From Candidatus Nanopusillus sp. (lineage in GTDB: Archaea > Nanobdellota > Nanobdellia > Nanobdellales > Nanobdellaceae): a DNA stretch of 7,463 nt. The notes beneath the pieces are model-generated. The model was not told the origin of the DNA. It was given only the letters and a program-made list of their open reading frames with translations, and made no database searches. Within the stretch, counting starts at the first letter, position 1; the number at the start of each line of letters is the position of its first letter. Position numbers and translations under genes: made by a program. Of this stretch, positions 1 to 5,051 are shown one piece after another. The DNA lies in assembly GCA_049414405.1 (NCBI GenBank), contig JBMSAQ010000014.1:1-7463 (forward strand). The letters are read 5' to 3'.

Positions 1-35
1 AATTTTATTTATTTATTTATAGTGCATATAAAATC

Positions 36-41
36 TATAAA
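36..41 (+). promoter_or_regulatory. TATA-like box (TATAAA) about 26 nt upstream of ATG67
   Basis: TATAAA lies at 36-41, and ATG67 begins 26 nt after the box. There is no SD-like purine run in between. This spacing fits a leaderless archaeal transcript. The background is so AT-rich that chance matches are likely. Confidence 0.25.
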
Positions 42-66
42 GAGTATAGATCTGTAAATTTATATC

Positions 67-228
67 ATGAAAATGATAAGGGATGATATATTAAGTTTGA
101 GGAAGAAAAAGTTGGAGAAATATTTCGGCATATTAAGTGAAGAAGAGGCTGAAGAACTGGAGAGAGAAATTAAAGAAATGAGAAAGAGGGGTGATAAAAG
201 TATTAATAGAAAGCTCAGTAATTATTGA
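67..228 (+). CDS. vapB: Short VapB-like antitoxin (53 aa), possibly N-terminally truncated
   Basis: I translated this ORF by hand; it is not in the supplied track. It runs from ATG67 to TGA226-228 and reads MKMIRDDILSLRKKKLEKYFGILSEEEAEELEREIKEMRKRGDKSINRKLSNY. The segment LEKYFGILSEEEAEELEREIKEMRKR resembles the C-terminal half of archaeal VapB-type antitoxins (PF02697/COG1753 as I recall it). It sits directly upstream of a PIN toxin and overlaps it by 38 nt. The usual N-terminal ribbon/helix segment is not present. Confidence 0.45.
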   Translation: MKMIRDDILSLRKKKLEKYFGILSEEEAEELEREIKEMRKRGDKSINRKLSNY

Positions 229-568
229 TTATTTAAAGGGGAATAAAAAAGTAAAGGAAATTATTTTAAATTCAGAAGATTTCTATGTAAGTTCTTTAAC
301 TGTATATGAGATCTTGTTAAGCAAAGTTAAGGAAAGTGAAATCCTTGATTTTCTATCAGCATTTAAAATCATAAACCCCACTAAGAAGGATGCGATAATA
401 GGTTCACAAATTTATAAGAAATTAAAAGATAAAGGGAAGTTAATTGAAAGTTTCGACATATTAATATCAGCTCAGGCAATAAATAGGAGATTAACTTTAG
501 TAACTAGAGACTCTGATTTCTTAAAGGTTAAAGAAGAATTTAACAAACTAAATTTAATTCTAATTTGA
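191..568 (+). CDS. vapC: PIN-domain ribonuclease toxin VapC
   Basis: This is a 125-aa ORF with a GTG start. The N-terminus VLIESSVIIDYLKG matches the PIN beta1 pattern (usually xLxDTSVLIxYL). The other acidic residues sit at the expected positions: E40 (VYEILL), D89 (FDILISAQA) and D107 (LVTRDSDF). Size is typical for PF01850. The first catalytic position is Glu7 instead of Asp. Confidence 0.85.
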   Translation: MIKVLIESSVIIDYLKGNKKVKEIILNSEDFYVSSLTVYEILLSKVKESEILDFLSAFKIINPTKKDAIIGSQIYKKLKDKGKLIESFDILISAQAINRRLTLVTRDSDFLKVKEEFNKLNLILI

Positions 569-608
569 AGAAGTTTTGATATATTTTGCTTCAGCTTTTA
601 ATATAGAA

Positions 609-615
609 TTTTTTT
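609..615 (+). terminator. T7 run, candidate archaeal terminator for vapBC
   Basis: TTTTTTT lies at 609-615, 41 nt after the vapC stop codon. Archaeal RNA polymerase terminates at oligo-T tracts. T runs are common in this AT-rich sequence. Confidence 0.3.
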
Positions 616-834
616 AATAATTTTCTTGAAGAAATAATATTTGCGGCTTATTAGAAGTCGTTTTTTACCTTTACTATCATAATTATTATCAATCATTACA
701 AGTCTCTTTTAGCAAAGGAGTCTATGTTAAGAAGCTTTGACTATTAACAATTAAAGAAACTCAATCATATTTTAACATTAATTTTGTTGTAATTCTAAAA
801 AGAGTACCGGATCCTAATTATTGCTGGCTTAGTT

Positions 835-867
835 GTGTCGGATAACTAACGTTATCCGACATTTTTT
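835..867 (+). other. Perfect hairpin followed by T6 (terminator-like, or the 3' end of an unannotated small RNA)
   Basis: The stem pairs TGTCGGATAAC (836-846) with GTTATCCGACA (851-861), giving 11 perfect bp around a TAAC loop (847-850). A possible G835:U862 wobble extends it, and TTTTTT follows at 862-867. The stem is half G+C in otherwise very AT-rich intergenic DNA. No ORF ends nearby. Confidence 0.4.
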
Positions 868-919
868 GTATATTCATTTTGAAATTAATAAAAAATTATA
901 TAGATCAACCTAGCCCATT

Positions 920-1059
920 TTATGATAAAGAATATACTTGATCAATTACTTTGTTAGTTTCTTCGAGATCTTTTATATTATCTATATGCTTTCCAATAAA
1001 TATCTTTATAAATAACACTCTTTTATCATATCCACCGCAAGTATTATTGCTTTTATCAT
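920..1059 (-). pseudogene. Possible 5' remnant of a sugar-1-phosphate nucleotidyltransferase gene (frameshifted and truncated)
   Basis: On the minus strand, ATG1059-1057 opens MIKAIILAVDMIKECYL, ending at a stop codon at 1008-1006. A shift into the next frame at about 1036 reads GGYDKRVLFIKIFIGKHIDNIKDLEETNKVIDQVYSLS, ending at a stop codon at 922-920. Joined, this gives MIKAIILA-GGYDKR...IGKHIDNIKDLEE..VIDQVY. That resembles the N-terminus of archaeal NTP-transferases (MKAIILAGGxGxRL...PKP...GKPIIexxIexL...IdeIyv), but the RLxPxT..PKP segment is missing. The comparison was by eye only. Confidence 0.3.
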
Positions 1060-1175
1060 AAGTAGGTAATAACTTATAATAATTTAAGTGTTTATTTTAG
1101 AAGTTATAAAGTAAAAAGAATTGCAAAAAATTCTTGAATTTTATTCAGGTATTCCAAAATTTATCTGCAAAATTA

Positions 1176-1187
1176 TTTAAATTTTTA
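1176..1187 (+). promoter_or_regulatory. TATA-like box TTTAAATTTTTA upstream of the GT2 gene
   Basis: The box ends 18 nt before ATG1205, so its centre is about 23 nt upstream. No SD is present. The same 12-mer recurs upstream of the tRNA at 6440-6451. Confidence 0.3.
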
Positions 1188-1204
1188 TCTTATATTTCTC
1201 TCTT

Positions 1205-2098
1205 ATGAAAGCTTCAGTAATAGTAATGGATTATTTAAGAAAAAAATATATTCTAGATGCATTGCAAAGTATTAAAAATCAAAAAAGAATAGATTTAAAT
1301 GATATTGAAGTAATTGTTGTAAAATATTATCAAGATGAGAAAATAGATAATTATATTAAAGAAAATTTTCCTAATCATAAGATAATAAATTTAGATTCAA
1401 ATGGTCCAGATCGTTATTGTGGTAGTGCACTCGCTATAGGAATAAAAGAGGCTTCTAGTAATTTAATATTTTTATTAGATGACGATGATATGTTTACTGA
1501 AAATAAAATTAGTAGAATACTTGAAGTTATAAAAAATATTAAGTATGATGAATATCTAATCTTTCATAAAATGATAATGACCCATGATTATAAAGGAAAG
1601 CTACTAAAAAAGTCAAAATATAGGTATAATAATAGCTGTTTAGTTCTATATATCAAAGATAAAGAAAAATTAATAGATTATATAAGAAAGATATATTACA
1701 TTATAGATCGAGGTATTGTGTGTCGTTTTAATAAAAAAATTATAAAAGTAGACGAATCATTAACTTACTATAGGAGACATGAAGAAAACCTAACTGAAAA
1801 AAGATATAATAGGCAGGTGTTAGAAATGTTTTTACAAGATCTTCAATATATTTATGAAAAAACAAAATGTAAAGAACAAATATATGGAATAATAAGTTAT
1901 AAAATTCTATTAAATCTTATATATAATGCTAATTATAAAATATCATTAATGGAATATTTAGAATGCTTATTAATATTTGATAGAGATTACATTAAAAGAT
2001 TGACAAAGATTATTTTATATAAATTATTCAGAAATTATTTAAGAAAATATTATTTAAAAAAATTCATATTTACAGATTTAAATATTCAAAACGCTTAA
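1205..2098 (+). CDS. Family 2 (GT-A fold) glycosyltransferase
   Basis: This is a 297-aa ORF. The N-terminus MKASVIVMDYLRKKYILDALQSIKNQ...IEVIVV fits the PF00535 pattern (SVIIPxYNxxxxLxxxLxSxxxQ...EIIVV). A DxD motif is present in LIFLLDDDDMF (D92-D95, nt 1478-1489), followed downstream by YYRRHEENL. The usual VVDD/VVDN after the first strand is replaced by VVKYYQDE. Confidence 0.85.
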   Translation: MKASVIVMDYLRKKYILDALQSIKNQKRIDLNDIEVIVVKYYQDEKIDNYIKENFPNHKIINLDSNGPDRYCGSALAIGIKEASSNLIFLLDDDDMFTENKISRILEVIKNIKYDEYLIFHKMIMTHDYKGKLLKKSKYRYNNSCLVLYIKDKEKLIDYIRKIYYIIDRGIVCRFNKKIIKVDESLTYYRRHEENLTEKRYNRQVLEMFLQDLQYIYEKTKCKEQIYGIISYKILLNLIYNANYKISLMEYLECLLIFDRDYIKRLTKIILYKLFRNYLRKYYLKKFIFTDLNIQNA

Positions 2099-2101
2099 AA
2101 A

Positions 2102-2110
2102 TTTATAAAA
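2102..2110 (+). promoter_or_regulatory. Consensus-like archaeal TATA box TTTATAAAA upstream of the GT4 remnant
   Basis: TTTATAAAA at 2102-2110 is centred about 26 nt upstream of ATG2132. No SD is present. It may now drive the downstream GT4 genes. Confidence 0.35.
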
Positions 2111-2131
2111 CTTTTTTATTTTTATAAGTTA

Positions 2132-2774
2132 ATGAAAATTGCTATATTTAATTTACCACATTTATCTTTCAATAGAGGTGGGGAGAAATGGATAATAAAG
2201 GTTGCATTTTATTTATCTAAAAAACATGATGTTAGAGTTATAACTACAGATTTTAATAAAAAATACAGGTGTTGTTAATATTGAAAAGGGAATGGATACT
2301 TTAATAAAAGTTGCCGAAAATTTAAAGAAATATAATGACATAGAATTCTATATTACTGGTAATAAACCAATATATGAAAATTTACCAGCAAATGTTAAAT
2401 ATTTGGGAATGTTAAATGAGGAAGAATATATTAATTTTATGAGTACAGCTAATCTAATGTTCTTACCTACAAGACATGAAACATTTTCTTTTGCTGTATT
2501 AGAAAATTTAGCAGTAGGGAACCCTGTAGTTGTATCAAATTTACCTGATGTAATTAGTGCATTTGGAGAATCTAAATCAATTTATTATGTAAAACTTAAT
2601 AATATAGAAGATTATATCAACAGAATATTAAAATATTATCAAATATGGAAAAATAATAGAGACAAATATAAAGAATTATCTAAAAAATCTAGAGAAATTG
2701 CAAGTAAATTTGATTCAAATATAATACTGCCAAAAATAGAAGAGATGTTTAAGAAAGTTTATGAATCTTCATAA
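2132..2774 (+). pseudogene. GT4 (GT-B fold) glycosyltransferase remnant with an internal deletion plus frameshift
   Basis: A hand-translated 48-codon ORF (2132-2278) reads MKIAIFNLPHLSFNRGGEKWIIKVAFYLSKKHDVRVITTDFNKKYRCC. This is a typical GT4 N-terminus (compare MKILLFHPWLKSKGGAERVV...HKIKILTW in the neighbouring gene). The tracked ORF 2292-2774 is only the C-terminal Glycos_transf_1 half (KGMDTLIKVAENL...; E-x7-E in RHETFSFAVLENLAVGNPVV). Its frame is open back to 2244 (LQILIKNTGVVNIEKGM). The two frames overlap at an A6 run (2258-2263). Aligned by eye with the 394-aa neighbour, about 160-170 codons of the N-terminal Rossmann domain are missing. Confidence 0.6.
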
Positions 2775-2786
2775 TTATTTTTTATT

Positions 2787-3971
2787 ATGAAAATTTTATT
2801 ATTTCATCCTTGGTTAAAATCGAAAGGTGGTGCAGAAAGAGTTGTTTATGAATATTATAAAAGATCTAAACATAAAATAAAAATATTAACTTGGAATTAT
2901 ATTAAAGAAAAAACTTATGACTTTAAAGAAAAAGGTATAATTAGTTTATATGATAAAAAATATGAAAGAATTTTTAGAGGATATTTAATTAGAGGTGGAT
3001 TTTCATTATTAAATTTATTAATAAAATATGAAATTGATAATTTTGATTTATTATTAATATCTACAGGTGGTATTGCAGAATTAATATTATCTAATCAAGA
3101 TTTTGATATACCAAAAGTTACATATACTCATACGATTTTAAGAGCTACATATAAATATGATATCTATTGGAACATGAAATATAGATTTAGAAAATATTAT
3201 TTTTTACCTTATAAAGTAGCTTTAAATGTTTATAATTATTTAGAAAGAAAAGCTTGGAAGAAAATAGATTTTGCAATATTTAATTCAGAATTATCTAGAA
3301 AGAGAGCATTAGATAAAAATTTAATAAATAAAGAAAAAACAGATGTTATATATCCAGGAGCAGATTTATCTACTTTTTATAATGATAATCCAGAAGATTA
3401 TTTCTTATATGTAGCTAGAATAGGATTATCAAAAAGACAAGATATATTAATTAAAGCATTTGTAAAATTCATTAAAAAATATTTAGAATATAAATTATAT
3501 TTAGTTGGAAATATTGAAAATAAAAAATATTACTTAAAAATATTGAAACTAATTAAAGAATATAATTTACAAAATAATGTAAAGTTATACTCAAACCTAT
3601 CTGATGAAAAATTGAGAGAATTATATGCAAAATCATTAGCATGTATTTATGTACCATATATGGAAGATTTTGGAATAGTTCCTTTAGAATCATTAGCTGC
3701 AGGTAAATATTTAATTAATGTTTATCCTTCTGGAAGTTATGAATTACTAAAGAATGCTCCTGGAATTTATTGGATAAAAGAAAAATTTTATGAAGAACAT
3801 ATGATTAACGAAATATACAATTCGTTAGAATATTTTATAAAAAATAAAGATGAATTAATAGAAAAAGGAAAAGAAAATAAAAATTATATAAGAGGTATTG
3901 ATATATCTTGGGATTCTTTTGCTAAGAAGTTGGATAATAAACTTGAAAACATTTTGGATGAGTATAAATAA
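2787..3971 (+). CDS. Family 4 (GT-B fold) glycosyltransferase, full length
   Basis: This is a 394-aa ORF. The N-terminus is MKILLFHPWLKSKGGAERVV. The C-terminal domain carries FLYVARIGLSKRQDILIKAF and the E-x7-E motif YMEDFGIVPLESLAAGK (E293/E301). The pattern fits PF00534. Confidence 0.85.
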   Translation: MKILLFHPWLKSKGGAERVVYEYYKRSKHKIKILTWNYIKEKTYDFKEKGIISLYDKKYERIFRGYLIRGGFSLLNLLIKYEIDNFDLLLISTGGIAELILSNQDFDIPKVTYTHTILRATYKYDIYWNMKYRFRKYYFLPYKVALNVYNYLERKAWKKIDFAIFNSELSRKRALDKNLINKEKTDVIYPGADLSTFYNDNPEDYFLYVARIGLSKRQDILIKAFVKFIKKYLEYKLYLVGNIENKKYYLKILKLIKEYNLQNNVKLYSNLSDEKLRELYAKSLACIYVPYMEDFGIVPLESLAAGKYLINVYPSGSYELLKNAPGIYWIKEKFYEEHMINEIYNSLEYFIKNKDELIEKGKENKNYIRGIDISWDSFAKKLDNKLENILDEYK

Positions 3972-4010
3972 TTGTTTAATTAAAATTATAAATTTTACTT
4001 ATATATAACA

Positions 4011-4020
4011 TTTAAAAAAT
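4011..4020 (+). promoter_or_regulatory. TATA-like box TTTAAAAAAT upstream of the FkbM methyltransferase gene
   Basis: The box is centred about 25 nt upstream of ATG4041, within a 69-nt intergenic gap. No SD is present. Confidence 0.3.
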
Positions 4021-4040
4021 TTTTTTAAAATCCTGTAATA

Positions 4041-5012
4041 ATGAATAAAATAGAAAAGTTACTAGTGGGACCTAGAGCTATATTCAAGTCAAGAAAATTA
4101 ATTAAAAATTTATCATCAAGTTTATATCAATATTTGATTTTAAGAAAGCAGAATATTAAATTAAAATTAAGAGATGGAGATACCATAACTGTATCCAGAT
4201 TCCTTTATCCTAGAATAATATATTATTATTATCTAGGATATATTATAGATATTAATAAATACGAAATAAAAATTAAATTAAATGATAAAATATATTCTAT
4301 ACCAATAAATGCTTTATATTCTAATGATATTGGTGGAATAATTACTATCATAAAATTAAATTGGCAATATAAAAATAATTATTGGGAGAAAAATGGAATT
4401 AAATTTAAATATGCTTATGGATCACTATATGAAGTTTTTGATGAAGAAGATTATAAATTTCTTAATGTAAAAGATAAAAATGTATTAGATATTGGTGCCT
4501 TTGTAGGAGATTCTCCAATATATTTTATATTAAAAGGTGCTAAGAAAGTATATGCAATAGAACCACATCCAGATGCTTATAATGAAATGATAGAAAATAT
4601 AAAATTAAATAATATGGAAGATAAAATTATTCCAATAAATATGGGAATAAATTATTGTAATAATTATATAACAATTAATACTAAAGAAGTTGTTCGTGTA
4701 GCAGTTTCTTTTTTTAATTCCAATAATAAAGGCATTAAAATACCAGCAGGTAAATTAAGTGAAATTATTGATAAAAATAACATAGACGCTCAAATATTAA
4801 AAATGGATTGTGAAGGATGTGAATATGATATCATTTTAAAGGATTATGATACAATAAAAGAATTTGATGAAATTGGATTTGAATATCACACCTATAATAC
4901 TAAAATACCTGTTAGTAAATTATTAGATAAATTAAATAAAGATTTTGAATGCAAAATTATAAAAGAAAAATTAAAAAATATTGGATTAGTATATTGTATA
5001 AGAAAGAAATAA
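4041..5012 (+). CDS. FkbM-family SAM-dependent methyltransferase with an N-terminal extension of about 140 aa
   Basis: This is a 323-aa ORF. VLDIGAFVGDSPIYFILKGAKKVYAIEPHPDAYNEMIENIKLNN matches the Methyltransf_21 (PF05050) SAM-binding core (DIGAxxGD...V.A.EP.P......L..N...N). LKMDCEGCEYDIIL matches the family's KxDxEGxE motif. I did not recognise residues 1 to about 140. Confidence 0.85.
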   Translation: MNKIEKLLVGPRAIFKSRKLIKNLSSSLYQYLILRKQNIKLKLRDGDTITVSRFLYPRIIYYYYLGYIIDINKYEIKIKLNDKIYSIPINALYSNDIGGIITIIKLNWQYKNNYWEKNGIKFKYAYGSLYEVFDEEDYKFLNVKDKNVLDIGAFVGDSPIYFILKGAKKVYAIEPHPDAYNEMIENIKLNNMEDKIIPINMGINYCNNYITINTKEVVRVAVSFFNSNNKGIKIPAGKLSEIIDKNNIDAQILKMDCEGCEYDIILKDYDTIKEFDEIGFEYHTYNTKIPVSKLLDKLNKDFECKIIKEKLKNIGLVYCIRKK

Positions 5013-5051
5013 TATTGTTTAGATTGATTTTTCCTTTTAAATAAAAAATAT

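Noticed and set aside
187-195. SD-like AGGGGTGAT containing the vapC GTG start codon
   Set aside because: It matches my recalled anti-SD complement GGAGGTGAT at 8 of 9 positions. No canonical start codon lies 5-10 nt downstream in the vapC frame (GTA, TTA and ATA only). GTG191 gives a normal PIN N-terminus, so I kept GTG191 and treated the SD resemblance as unproven.
598-696. 32-codon minus-strand ORF (MIDNNYDSKGKKRLLISRKYYFFKKIIKKILY) in the long spacer
   Set aside because: It is short, basic and low-complexity, with no recognisable motif. ORFs of this size are expected by chance. It may be a relic, but that cannot be supported.
806-811. Search for a tRNA-derived direct repeat (att site) that would mark the glycosylation cluster as an element integrated at tRNA-Tyr
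   Set aside because: The only shared string I could find by eye is TACCGG (806-811 versus 6475-6480), which is far too short. No integrase or other mobile-element gene is present in the window.
1116-1135. 7-bp inverted repeat AAGAATT-N6-AATTCTT about 70-90 nt upstream of the GT2 gene
   Set aside because: It is short and mostly A/T, so it is expected by chance at this composition. No second copy or associated regulator gene is present.
569-1204. Looked for C/D-box or H/ACA sRNAs, split-tRNA halves and CRISPR repeats in the long spacer
   Set aside because: There is no RUGAUGA/CUGA box pairing. The perfect stem has no pseudouridylation pocket or K-turn. There is no T-arm-like GTTCAAATC element and no repeated spacer-repeat periodicity.
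4221-4232. (TAT)4 trinucleotide run encoding YYYY in the methyltransferase gene
   Set aside because: It is too short to call a microsatellite or a phase-variation tract. It is in-frame and unremarkable for this codon bias.
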